Of a DNA stretch of 32,000 nt, positions 1 through 8,823 are shown in pieces; positions within the stretch are counted from its first letter, which is position 1, and every line of letters begins with the position of its first letter. Position numbers and translations under genes: made by a program. The DNA lies in NCBI GenBank assembly GCA_034111105.1, contig JAWUXY010000047.1, forward strand, positions 3,519 to 35,518, written 5' to 3'. The DNA comes from Bermanella sp. (GTDB lineage: Bacteria; Pseudomonadota; Gammaproteobacteria; Pseudomonadales; Oceanobacteraceae). Under the pieces are notes generated by a model. That model saw nothing but the letters and a program-made list of their open reading frames with translations. It did no database searches and had not been told where the DNA came from.

Positions 1-61
1 GACTGGCTAATGCAGGCGCGGTTTGAGCCGTCGCCAACGCTTGCGCGGAGACAAAAATCAT
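1..61 (-). CDS. fliO: Probable FliO N-terminus, truncated by the left window edge (MIFVSAQALATAQTAPALAS...)
   Basis: Reverse complement gives ATG at 61 followed by an open frame to position 1. It lies directly downstream of fliN, where fliO normally sits. Identity rests on synteny only. Confidence 0.5.
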   Translation of the reverse strand, partial: MIFVSAQALATAQTAPALAS

Positions 62-102
62 AGCGCTACTCTTTTATTATTTTTTTGATTAATATTCAAC
101 GC

Positions 103-633
103 TTAACGTAAACGCTGGATACGCTCACTTTGACTGATGACATCTGTTAAACGAATACCAAATTTATCGTTCACCATAACCACTTCACCATGGGCAATTA
201 ACGTTCCGTTAACCAAAACATCTAACGGTTCACCTGCCAATCTGTCTAATTCAATCACGGAGCCTTGATTAAGTTGTAACAAATTACGAATGGGTATTTG
301 GGTATTACCCACTTCCATTGATATCACAACCGAAATATCAAGTATGACGTCAAGTTCTGGCGTGGTTGTATCGAGTTTCTCAGGCTCATCATCACCGTCA
401 AATTCTTCCATGGGCGCCGGTTTAACACCGTCATCCTCATCGTCGTCATCTGTTTCGCCGGCTTCTTCCATCGCGGCAGCCCACTCATCCGCTAAGCCTT
501 CATCTTCACCGCTGGCTTCTTCTACGCCACCCGCCACTTCACTTGCTAATGATTCAGCATCGACACCTGACTCTTCCGAACCTTCGCCAGCACCCTCTGT
601 TGGTTCTTCTGTGGTGTTTTCGTCATCACTCAT
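103..633 (-). CDS. fliN: Flagellar motor switch protein FliN, with a long acidic N-terminal extension
   Basis: C-terminal SpoA domain text (LDVILDISVVISMEVGNTQIPIRNLLQLNQGSVIELDRLAGEPLDVLVNGTLIAHGEVVMVNDKFGIRLTDVI); overlaps the fliM stop by 4 nt. Confidence 0.95.
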   Translation of the reverse strand: MSDDENTTEEPTEGAGEGSEESGVDAESLASEVAGGVEEASGEDEGLADEWAAAMEEAGETDDDDEDDGVKPAPMEEFDGDDEPEKLDTTTPELDVILDISVVISMEVGNTQIPIRNLLQLNQGSVIELDRLAGEPLDVLVNGTLIAHGEVVMVNDKFGIRLTDVISQSERIQRLR

Positions 634-1625
634 ACTGATAATCCATCTTTGTGACTATTATTTATTTTTCGTTTTATTGATTCTTTAATTTTTACTGCCA
701 ACACTTCGTTTGATACACCTAATTGTCCGCGGAAAATAGGCGTACCATTTGCCTGTAAAATAAAATCTTCTGGCATATCAATCGGGATCACATCTCCGGT
801 TTTAAATGCCGCCACTTCACGTAATGAAATTTCCTGCTGAACAATGGTGCCATGTATCGGAACTTTGGCGTTCTGGATATCTTCTTGCAAAGATTGCACC
901 CATCTTTCATCAACTTCATCGACGTCGGATTGCACACCGGCATCAAGCACTTCTCGAATGGGTTCAATCATTGAATAGGGTAACGCCACGTGTAAATAAC
1001 CTCCGCCGCCATCCAATTCAATATGGAATGAACTGACCACCACCACTTCACTTGGGCTAACAATATTGGCCATAGCTGGGTTTACTTCACTGCCGTAGTA
1101 TTCAAACTCCAAAGGCAAGACGGCATGCCATGCTTCTTTCATGTCTTTAAAAACTTGGCTTAAAATTAATTGCACAACACGTAATTCTGTTGGTGTAAAT
1201 TCACGGCCTTCGATTTTTGCATGGCGACCATCACCACCAAAAAAGTTATCCACTAATTTGAACACTAATTTAGCGTCAAGAATAAATAAGGCAGTACCTC
1301 TAAGAGGTCGGGCTTTGACCATGTTTAACGAGGTAGGGACATAAAGTGTGTGGATATACTCACCAAACTTCATGATTTGAATGCCGCCACTGGCTACATC
1401 AGCACTGCGGCGCAAGAAATTAAACATACTAATACGCGTATAACGCGCAAATCGCTCGTTAATCATCTCCAAAGTGGGCATGCGCCCACGTACAATTCGA
1501 TCTTGGCTTGAAAGGTCATAGGACTTAACACCTTCGCCACCACTAGGGTCTTCCGGCTCTATATCACCATCGTCTACCCCGTGTAACAGGGCATCAATTT
1601 CGTCTTGACTTAACAGATCTTGCAC
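630..1625 (-). CDS. fliM: Flagellar motor switch protein FliM
   Basis: N-terminal CheY-binding motif LLSQDEIDALLHG and FliM core; starts with GTG; followed by fliN. Confidence 0.96.
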   Translation of the reverse strand: MQDLLSQDEIDALLHGVDDGDIEPEDPSGGEGVKSYDLSSQDRIVRGRMPTLEMINERFARYTRISMFNFLRRSADVASGGIQIMKFGEYIHTLYVPTSLNMVKARPLRGTALFILDAKLVFKLVDNFFGGDGRHAKIEGREFTPTELRVVQLILSQVFKDMKEAWHAVLPLEFEYYGSEVNPAMANIVSPSEVVVVSSFHIELDGGGGYLHVALPYSMIEPIREVLDAGVQSDVDEVDERWVQSLQEDIQNAKVPIHGTIVQQEISLREVAAFKTGDVIPIDMPEDFILQANGTPIFRGQLGVSNEVLAVKIKESIKRKINNSHKDGLSV

Positions 1626-1671
1626 GAGTCAACGACCCTCTATAAACGGCTAATAGAAAACATGGCAAACA

Positions 1672-2199
1672 TCACTGCATGACATAATTGGTAAATAATA
1701 TTTGTTCTAAACCACCCTCAATACCGGTTTCTTGTGTTATTAAGCGTTGAATTTCTTCTTGCAGTTTAATACGAACATCCGCTCGACCTTCTGCTGTGCG
1801 TAAATGCTCATAACTTTGCTGCCCTAGTAACGAAATGATCGAGCTTCGAATCATAGGGCTGTGCATTTCTAACGCTTCAGCAATGCCAGGGTCACGTGTC
1901 ATGGCTTCCATGTATATTTGTAGATACCGTTGGCGAGGACCCACTTGATAATTCACAATAAATTCAGGTTTCAATTTGATATAAATAGCAGGCCCCGCAG
2001 TCGGTGCAGTTTCGACTTCTTCGGCAACGGCATCCTCGGATGTTTCTTCTGCTGGTTCATCATCACCACCCATTAACAACAAAGCGGCTGCGACACCAAT
2101 GCCTATAACCAATACCGCGACTATGATAATGATGATCAATTTTTTATTGCTTTTGGGTGCTTCTACCGTATCCAATTGCAGTTCTTTTTCGTTCGCCAT
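1672..2199 (-). CDS. fliL: Flagellar basal body-associated protein FliL
   Basis: Single N-terminal TM helix (LIIIIIVAVLVIGIGVAAALLL), FliL-type periplasmic domain, upstream of fliM. Confidence 0.92.
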   Translation of the reverse strand: MANEKELQLDTVEAPKSNKKLIIIIIVAVLVIGIGVAAALLLMGGDDEPAEETSEDAVAEEVETAPTAGPAIYIKLKPEFIVNYQVGPRQRYLQIYMEAMTRDPGIAEALEMHSPMIRSSIISLLGQQSYEHLRTAEGRADVRIKLQEEIQRLITQETGIEGGLEQILFTNYVMQ

Positions 2200-2230
2200 A
2201 CGTCACCTTTTTGATGCTTAGTTAAAATCT

Positions 2231-2246
2231 GCAAGCCTTATGCCAC
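2231..2246 (-). promoter_or_regulatory. Candidate sigma-54 promoter upstream of fliL: TGGCATAAGGCTTGCA
   Basis: Exact GG-N10-GC spacing, TGGCAt -24 element and TTGCA -12 element on the minus strand, about 30 nt upstream of the fliL ATG. Confidence 0.75.
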
Positions 2247-2328
2247 GAACACAAAGAAACCTTTGGGTCTGTAGCGCCAATTTGCATAAGCTATTTATAA
2301 TGTAAGTGTAGACAAGAACAACAGAAGA

Positions 2329-2357
2329 GCCTTGCCACCGAGTTATGACGGCAAGGC
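2329..2357 (-). terminator. Terminator-like hairpin downstream of fliK: 8-bp stem GCCTTGCC/GGCAAGGC, 13-nt loop
   Basis: Perfect 8-bp inverted repeat 22 nt after the fliK stop; the T-tract is weak. Confidence 0.45.
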
Positions 2358-2378
2358 GAAATACGAAGCGATAAAAAT

Positions 2379-3758
2379 TTAAGCGAAATAGTCCACCAGT
2401 GAATCACTTTCCATTGATTGAACCGCTTGTTCATCCGTCAAGTCAGAGTCGGAAAGGTCGCCCGCTATTTCGCCATCACCTGCCAGCCCATCATCAGTGT
2501 TTTGACCTTGTTGCTCACGACCTTGTTCAGAGACATTCACATCGGCTAAATTAATACCTTGTTGCTCTAATAGTTCACGCAGCCTAGGAGACTGTGCTTC
2601 TAATGCATCACGAACGGTTTGATTATTACTGCCAAACGCGACACTGACTTGATCGTTTTGAACTTTTATTTTCACTTCAAGTGAGCCTAACTCTGGTGGA
2701 TCCAATTGAATACGAGCAGTTTGTACACTTTCACTGGCCATGATACTGATGCGCTTCGCCACTTGATCATTCCACTGAGGGTGCTGAGGCGGCACATCTA
2801 ATTTATTAAACGTGGTTGAAAATTTTTCTGACATCTGGGTTTTAGAGGTATCTGTTTGATCCAGCGCCATGGATTTTGCAGGGTTAGCGTCTTTTAACCC
2901 ATTTAAGACTGCATCCGCTGTACCGGCTTTAACATCTTGCATCAGGCTAGGTTCTTGCGTTTGTGTAACGGGCGCGGCTGAATTTTCTTTTAAAACACTT
3001 AATGTTTTAGGCTGTTCATGGATCGACGTGTCTTCGAGTTCTAGTCCATCTAAGCTCACGTCATCCAACACGCTTTCCATACCAAGTTCATCAAGGTTGA
3101 TCATTTTACTATTTTGAGCGGCCATACCTGCCAGAGGGTTCACTGCTTGCTGGATAGGCTCGAGTAATTTTTCAGGCTCACCTTGACTGCCTTGCCTCAT
3201 GGCTAAATCCGATGGCGCTATTTTTACCTGACCATTGGCATCGGTTAACACGCCTTTCATGTCAAGAGCGTCGGTTTCTTCACTATCTAATGGTGCGCTA
3301 CTTTGTGTTTGAACTTGAAAATGTGGTTGCGCTCGACGCAAACTTTCAAGGTACTGTAACCCTTGCGGAGCATCTCCTTCGCTAGACTGTAAAGTGTCTG
3401 GTTGAATATTTTGAGCGTACAGCACACTACTTTCATCGCTGTGTATGTACACCTGAGGTTGCAGCGCAGGGGGACCCATAAAATCAGGATTTAGATCTTC
3501 AAGATGGTTATCGTCAAGGGTATACGTGTGCGGTAAATAAGCGGCAAATTCTTGCCCTATTGGCATGCTGGCGAGCTCACTCGCCGCTTGAAGTTGATCA
3601 AAGAAATTTAATCCATTTGCACCATTACTAGTCGTATCGGCAGAAAGACTACTGCTCTGAACTGGGCCTAAAACCCCTGCTTTACCCGTAATAGGCTGAG
3701 ATAACGGGTTGCTATTAGTAGTTGGTGAAACGAGAGCAAATAAAGGCGATACCGGCAT
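2379..3758 (-). CDS. fliK: Flagellar hook-length control protein FliK
   Basis: C-terminal hook-length control domain (ARIQLDPPELGSLEVKIKVQNDQVSVAFGSNNQTVRDALEAQSPRLRELLEQQGINLADVNVS) with a low-complexity N-terminal part. Confidence 0.92.
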   Translation of the reverse strand: MPVSPLFALVSPTTNSNPLSQPITGKAGVLGPVQSSSLSADTTSNGANGLNFFDQLQAASELASMPIGQEFAAYLPHTYTLDDNHLEDLNPDFMGPPALQPQVYIHSDESSVLYAQNIQPDTLQSSEGDAPQGLQYLESLRRAQPHFQVQTQSSAPLDSEETDALDMKGVLTDANGQVKIAPSDLAMRQGSQGEPEKLLEPIQQAVNPLAGMAAQNSKMINLDELGMESVLDDVSLDGLELEDTSIHEQPKTLSVLKENSAAPVTQTQEPSLMQDVKAGTADAVLNGLKDANPAKSMALDQTDTSKTQMSEKFSTTFNKLDVPPQHPQWNDQVAKRISIMASESVQTARIQLDPPELGSLEVKIKVQNDQVSVAFGSNNQTVRDALEAQSPRLRELLEQQGINLADVNVSEQGREQQGQNTDDGLAGDGEIAGDLSDSDLTDEQAVQSMESDSLVDYFA

Positions 3759-3794
3759 GACTTAACCCAATTAATTCTTTGATACAAAGAATTT

Positions 3795-3810
3795 GCAATG
3801 CTTAGGCCAA
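3795..3810 (-). promoter_or_regulatory. Candidate sigma-54 promoter upstream of fliK: TTGGCCTAAGCATTGC
   Basis: Exact GG-N10-GC spacing, perfect TTGC -12 element, in the intergenic gap just upstream of fliK. Confidence 0.7.
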
Positions 3811-3821
3811 GTTTTAAAAAG

Positions 3822-4154
3822 TTACTGTAATTCTTGAAGTTGGGCTTTAACCAATAAAAATTCTTGTTCTATCTTTTCAAATACTTGTGATACATCATCT
3901 AACTTTTGAGCTCGACCTGAGTCTTCAACTGTTTTAAATAATGCAGATAATGACTCTGCGCATACATTGGCACTCGAACCTTTTAAACTATGTGCTAACT
4001 CAGCTACTTGGAGGCTATCGGTTGAACTAATAGCCTCTTTTAAAGCCATCATTTTTGTATCACTATCATTAAGATAGGTCATGACAAGATCACCAAAGCT
4101 ATCTTCCATGATGTCTTTTAATTCTTCTATTTGCGAAATATTCAAGTGGGACAT
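3822..4154 (-). CDS. hptB: Stand-alone Hpt (histidine phosphotransfer) domain protein, HptB-like
   Basis: Hpt signature AHSLKGSSANVCAESL; adjacent to a REC-PP2C-HATPase protein and a STAS protein. Confidence 0.75.
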   Translation of the reverse strand: MSHLNISQIEELKDIMEDSFGDLVMTYLNDSDTKMMALKEAISSTDSLQVAELAHSLKGSSANVCAESLSALFKTVEDSGRAQKLDDVSQVFEKIEQEFLLVKAQLQELQ

Positions 4155-4159
4155 AGCAC

Positions 4160-5875
4160 TTACTCCTCAAGCTGAGTTTTCCATGACAAGCAAACCTGTA
4201 CTTTGTTGCCTTTACCAAAATAAATAAGACTATCACATAAACTATAAATCAGTGGAATGCCTCGACCACAATAGGCTGAATTATCTTCAGATTTAAGGTT
4301 GAAATTGTTGTTATCATATTTAAATCCCTCGCCACTGTCTTCAACCACAATGGTGAGCTTACCACCCTTATCGAGTGGTTCAAGATCAAAGTCAAACTTA
4401 ACAAATGTATCCTTTAAAGATTCCATAGCGATATTACGTAAACGATAATATTCCGCAAAGCCATCAGCTGTTTTTTTAAGATCCGAACTTAAACCTAATA
4501 CACCGTGTTCAAATGCATTAGAGAATAGTTCCGCCATTAACGTATAAAGTTGACCACTTAAGTTACGCAGTGCAGGTACATCATTAAGTATATTCAACAT
4601 GACGGGAAGAGGATTAAATGTTTTTAGGGTCTCGTCTCTTAGGGTGTAGACCATATTCCAATCGGTCGGGCCCGTCACTGCACCACTGGATAAATCAATA
4701 TCAACTTTGGCAATCTCTGACTCATCCACCATTGATAACTCTAATAAAGTGGTATCATCATCACGACCATTCTCGCCTGCGAATTGATTCACATTTTTCA
4801 AAATATTATCGAAAAATAATTCACTATCAGGTTCATCAAAAATAGCAAATAAGCGCTCATCACCAAATAGTTCGCCCTCCGTATTACGGGCTTCTATGAT
4901 GCCATCAGACCACATATAAAGTTTATCACCCGGAATAAATCTAAACGTGGCAGTATCGGCATCAAATGCTTGTGATGACAACACACCCAGCGGCAAATGG
5001 TTTGATTTAATGCGTTCAATTTCTCCGGTTTCTTTACGATATAACCCAAAGTCCGGTAACCCACCCATCCAAACTTCTATTTCTTGGCGTCTGAAACTTA
5101 AATTCACCATACAGGTACAGCAAAAGTAACCTACTGGTAGTATTTTTTTTAGTTTGATATTTATTTCACGTAAAATATCAACCATGAAGAAGCCTTTGGC
5201 TGTCATACCATAAAATATTTCAGCAAGGGGCATCGCACCAATCGCAGCGGGCAAGCCGTGTCCGGTAAAGTCACCTAATAGAATATGAATACTGCCAGAA
5301 GGTTTGCGTGCTGCGAGCAAGACGTCACCATTAAAAATAGAGAATGGTGACAACATGTGTTTAATATTGGGTAGATCTAAACAACCACTGTGGGCCACAT
5401 TATCATAAACGGCTCGAGCCACTTGTTGCTCATGGCGCATATGTTCATTATTTTCTCTAATGACATCTCGCTGATCTTGTAGAGTATTATGCATTTTGAG
5501 CATACGACTAAATGCATTAATTTTAGCCTGCAAGATAATTTTGTTGTACGGTTTTGAAATGAAATCATCGCCACCGCTTTCAAGGCACGTAGCAAGATCA
5601 GACGCTTCTTGTAGGGAGGTTAAGAAGATAATGGGGACCATATCTTCACCTGCTAATGCCTTAATAGACTTAGCAGCTTGCTGCCCATTTAAGTTGGGCA
5701 TAATGACATCAAGTAAAATGATATCGGGTTTGTGTTCTAAAAATTGATTAATGGCTTCGTTGCCATCAGCCGCTTCACACACGCTGTGCCCCATTTTCTT
5801 AACAATGGCACACAGTATCATTCGGTCAGATTGATTATCATCCGCCACCAATATATGCAGTGGTGTTTCATCCAT
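4160..5875 (-). CDS. hsbR: Response regulator with SpoIIE/PP2C phosphatase and C-terminal HATPase (anti-sigma kinase-like) domains, HsbR-like
   Basis: REC (ILVADDNQSD...DIILLDVIMP...FLTS), phosphatase domain (LLGDFTGHGLPAAIGAMPLAEIF...LWSDGIIEARN), HATPase (AELFSNAFEHGVLG...VEDSGEGF). Confidence 0.82.
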   Translation of the reverse strand: MDETPLHILVADDNQSDRMILCAIVKKMGHSVCEAADGNEAINQFLEHKPDIILLDVIMPNLNGQQAAKSIKALAGEDMVPIIFLTSLQEASDLATCLESGGDDFISKPYNKIILQAKINAFSRMLKMHNTLQDQRDVIRENNEHMRHEQQVARAVYDNVAHSGCLDLPNIKHMLSPFSIFNGDVLLAARKPSGSIHILLGDFTGHGLPAAIGAMPLAEIFYGMTAKGFFMVDILREINIKLKKILPVGYFCCTCMVNLSFRRQEIEVWMGGLPDFGLYRKETGEIERIKSNHLPLGVLSSQAFDADTATFRFIPGDKLYMWSDGIIEARNTEGELFGDERLFAIFDEPDSELFFDNILKNVNQFAGENGRDDDTTLLELSMVDESEIAKVDIDLSSGAVTGPTDWNMVYTLRDETLKTFNPLPVMLNILNDVPALRNLSGQLYTLMAELFSNAFEHGVLGLSSDLKKTADGFAEYYRLRNIAMESLKDTFVKFDFDLEPLDKGGKLTIVVEDSGEGFKYDNNNFNLKSEDNSAYCGRGIPLIYSLCDSLIYFGKGNKVQVCLSWKTQLEE

Positions 5876-5896
5876 AGCGGACCTCAGCTATACCGT

Positions 5897-6196
5897 TTAT
5901 TCGATCGTAAACAGTTGCTCAAAGTTAGAAATCGTTAAAATCTTTTTAACATCCGCATTACAGCGGCTAATACGAACATTGGCACTTTCTCCGCCAGCAT
6001 GGTCACGTAGTAGTAGTAACATGCCTAAAGCAGAACTATCTAAATAAGACGCTTTAGCCATATCAATGACGTATTTATTGACACCACTATCAGCATCCTC
6101 ATACGCATCTCGAAACTCTTGATGAGCACTAAAGTCGAATCGTCCTTCAACAACGACCGTAAGTTCATCACCTTTAATAGAAGTATTTATCGGCAT
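5897..6196 (-). CDS. hsbA: STAS domain anti-sigma factor antagonist, HsbA-like
   Basis: STAS motif YVIDMAKASYLDSSALGMLLLLRDHAG, directly upstream of the hsbR-like gene in the same direction. Confidence 0.78.
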   Translation of the reverse strand: MPINTSIKGDELTVVVEGRFDFSAHQEFRDAYEDADSGVNKYVIDMAKASYLDSSALGMLLLLRDHAGGESANVRISRCNADVKKILTISNFEQLFTIE

Positions 6197-6272
6197 GTCA
6201 AACCTCTTATATCCTTTGCGTAGTTTTACTGCTTTCTTTGAGCATAGTTCAAAAAAAATAGTTTAGTAAAAT

Positions 6273-7331
6273 TTAGTGTTTAATTGCGTTTTTTAATTTT
6301 TTTACCGTATGGGCTGCAATTTGATTCAAGGGTAGAATGATGTTTTCAGCGCCTAATTCGACTGCTGCACCCGGCATCCCCCAGACCACTGAGCTTTCTT
6401 TGTCTTGTACAATATTATAACTGCCAGCTTGTTTCATGCGTAACATTGCAGCCGCACCGTCGGCCCCCATCCCCGTTAACATAATACCAATCGTACGTTT
6501 AACTAACTGCGGGTGGCGTGTAATAGAATCAAATAACACTTCAACAGAGGGTTTATGTAAATTGACTCGCTCACCGTCATATACTTTGCAATAGAAGTGC
6601 CCGCCTTTTTGTAGCACCTCAAACTGCCGGTCACCAGGGGCTATGTAAATGTGACCTGGCATGATTTTATCGCCATCTTGTGCTTCGCTCACGTCTTGAG
6701 GGATAAGATTATTAATACGATTGGCAAATGAGCTGCTAAATACGGGCGGGATATGCTGAGTGATAACAATGGGCGGCGTATCAGCAGGCAGCATACACAG
6801 TAACTCACGAATGGCTTCTGTTCCTCCTGTTGACGCACCAATCACAATTATGGCGTCACGATTCAATCCTTGTTTCGTAATGGGCTTAACAGTTTTGCTA
6901 GCTGATCGATTAGCCTGAATTTCTAAGCGACTCACATTAGCGACTGAGGCCGTTCTTACTTTATTAACAATCTCATCAGCGTATTCGGCTAATAACTCAG
7001 GTTTATCGGCGCTAGGCTTACCGATATAATCCACCGCACCAATTTCTAATGCTTCAAGTGTTGAAGGGGCGCCTTTTTGCGTTAATGTTGAGATCATCAC
7101 CACTGGCAATGGGCGTAAACGCATAAGATTACGTAAGAAGGTAATGCCGTCCATTTTCGGCATTTCAATATCAAGTGTGATAACGTCAGGATTAAGTGTC
7201 TTGATTTTTTCCCTAGCAATATAAGGGTCGGCAGCCGTGCCCACCACTTCTATATTCGCTTGATTCGATAATATCTCAGTGAGTACTTTTCGTATTAAGA
7301 TAGAATCATCTACGATCAAAACTTTAATCAT
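6273..7331 (-). CDS. cheB: Chemotaxis response regulator protein-glutamate methylesterase CheB
   Basis: REC domain plus methylesterase motifs VIGASTGGTEAI, ITQHIPPVFSSSFANR and MLTGMGADGAAAM. Confidence 0.96.
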   Translation of the reverse strand: MIKVLIVDDSILIRKVLTEILSNQANIEVVGTAADPYIAREKIKTLNPDVITLDIEMPKMDGITFLRNLMRLRPLPVVMISTLTQKGAPSTLEALEIGAVDYIGKPSADKPELLAEYADEIVNKVRTASVANVSRLEIQANRSASKTVKPITKQGLNRDAIIVIGASTGGTEAIRELLCMLPADTPPIVITQHIPPVFSSSFANRINNLIPQDVSEAQDGDKIMPGHIYIAPGDRQFEVLQKGGHFYCKVYDGERVNLHKPSVEVLFDSITRHPQLVKRTIGIMLTGMGADGAAAMLRMKQAGSYNIVQDKESSVVWGMPGAAVELGAENIILPLNQIAAHTVKKLKNAIKH

Positions 7332-7343
7332 GACCCACCTAAC

Positions 7344-7985
7344 TTAATCAAATAATTCAATATTAGAGTCATCTTTATGCTCCCTAATTGAATCGAGGTA
7401 ACCTTTTTCACGCTCAATGATCGTTTCATTGCGCGTCGTTGTAATTCGCCTAACTTTGACACTACCAGTATCAGGAAAATATAATATTTTTCGAGAAAAA
7501 ACATCCCCTACATCAGCGGCTTTTACTTTAATACCTTCTTTACGCAAAAAATCATAAGCAAATAAAATATTTCGCTGACCCACATCAGTCATACTCGCCA
7601 GTACTTGACCACCACCAAATAGCTTCACCTCAAGGTTGCGCTTTGAACACCCTAATTTATAAAGCGTATTTAATAGGTATTCCATTGCCCAGTTACCATA
7701 ACGAGTTTCTGATGTATTAGCATCACTCCCCCATTGTGGCGTACTGTGCTCATTTTGTATCGGCAACATAAAATGATTCATACCACCAATTCCTAACGTC
7801 ACATCTCGCACGCAAGCACTGATACAAGAGCCTAAAACGGTACTGATCATTTCACCGTGAGTCGTGATATAAAATTCACCCGGTAAAATCTTTGCTGACC
7901 ACACATTGAGCTTGGGATCAAAGTATCGATTAACATGTTCAAAACCCTTTTCAGCCACTGGCTGACTTAACGGATGATGATCCAT
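7344..7985 (-). CDS. cheD: Chemoreceptor glutamine deamidase CheD
   Basis: Catalytic region VLGSCISACVRDVTLGIGGMNHFMLP and KLFGGGQVLASMTDVGQRN. Confidence 0.93.
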   Translation of the reverse strand: MDHHPLSQPVAEKGFEHVNRYFDPKLNVWSAKILPGEFYITTHGEMISTVLGSCISACVRDVTLGIGGMNHFMLPIQNEHSTPQWGSDANTSETRYGNWAMEYLLNTLYKLGCSKRNLEVKLFGGGQVLASMTDVGQRNILFAYDFLRKEGIKVKAADVGDVFSRKILYFPDTGSVKVRRITTTRNETIIEREKGYLDSIREHKDDSNIELFD

Positions 7986-8809
7986 TACCTTACCTTTTGA
8001 TAAATAGTGCGACCTTTAGGCTCAAACCGTGACGTCATACCGTGTAAGGTTTCACTGTGGCCAATAAACAAATACCCACCATCATTGAGTTGATCTGCTA
8101 GCCGTTCAAATAATTCTTTTTGTGTTTCTTTGTTAAAATAAATCACTACATTACGACAAAAAATAACATCAAATTTTGCCGTCATAGGCCATGGCCCTAA
8201 AAGATTAAGGCGGTTAAACTGAATCAGCGCTTTAATATCTGACTTAACCATTCCCATGGCAGTTCCCGAGTTTTGTTGAAAACAAGACAAGTAATCACGC
8301 GGCAATTGTTCGATTTCAGTTAGGGGGTACACCCCTTCTCGACCTTTTTTTAATACATCACTATCAAGATCAGTGGCTAAAATTTTAATATCATGCTGCT
8401 TGACCATCATATTTTTATATAATGTGATGGCAATGCTGTAAGGCTCGGGCCCAGTAGAACAAGCCGAAGACCAAATTCGAATAGGCTTAGACTTATCTTG
8501 TTTTTTCCACTGAGGAATAAGTTCTTTTGCTAAGTATTCGAAATGATGTGATTCACGAAAAAATGAGGTGAGATTAGTCGTAATTGAATTTACAAATTCA
8601 TTTACTTCAGACGTTTGGTTAGCATCTAAATATTTGCAGTACTGTGCAAAGTTTTTTAGACCCAGTTTTCTGATACGTCGAGATACACGACTGTAGACCA
8701 GTTCTTTTTTTTGATCACCCAGTACGATACCGCTAATATCATACGCCATGGCTGTGAGGCGTTTAAAGTCCTCATCAGCCATTGGGAATTCCTTTCCAGT
8801 GAAATCCAT
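7985..8809 (-). CDS. cheR: Chemotaxis protein methyltransferase CheR
   Basis: CheR signatures TTNLTSFFRESHHFEYL, IWSSACSTGPEPYSIAI, FDVIFCRNVVIYF, YLFIGHSETLHG. Confidence 0.96.
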   Translation of the reverse strand: MDFTGKEFPMADEDFKRLTAMAYDISGIVLGDQKKELVYSRVSRRIRKLGLKNFAQYCKYLDANQTSEVNEFVNSITTNLTSFFRESHHFEYLAKELIPQWKKQDKSKPIRIWSSACSTGPEPYSIAITLYKNMMVKQHDIKILATDLDSDVLKKGREGVYPLTEIEQLPRDYLSCFQQNSGTAMGMVKSDIKALIQFNRLNLLGPWPMTAKFDVIFCRNVVIYFNKETQKELFERLADQLNDGGYLFIGHSETLHGMTSRFEPKGRTIYQKVR

Positions 8810-8823
8810 ATTAATTTACGTCA

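Noticed and set aside
290-688. Plus-strand ORF (132 aa) antisense to fliN, Ser-rich
   Set aside because: Mirror image of the acidic Asp/Glu codons on the minus strand; no RBS support or recognisable domain.
6210-6272. TTTGA/TCAAA inverted repeat near the cheB stop and hsbA start as a terminator
   Set aside because: On the minus strand the T-run precedes rather than follows the short stem, so it does not fit an intrinsic terminator.
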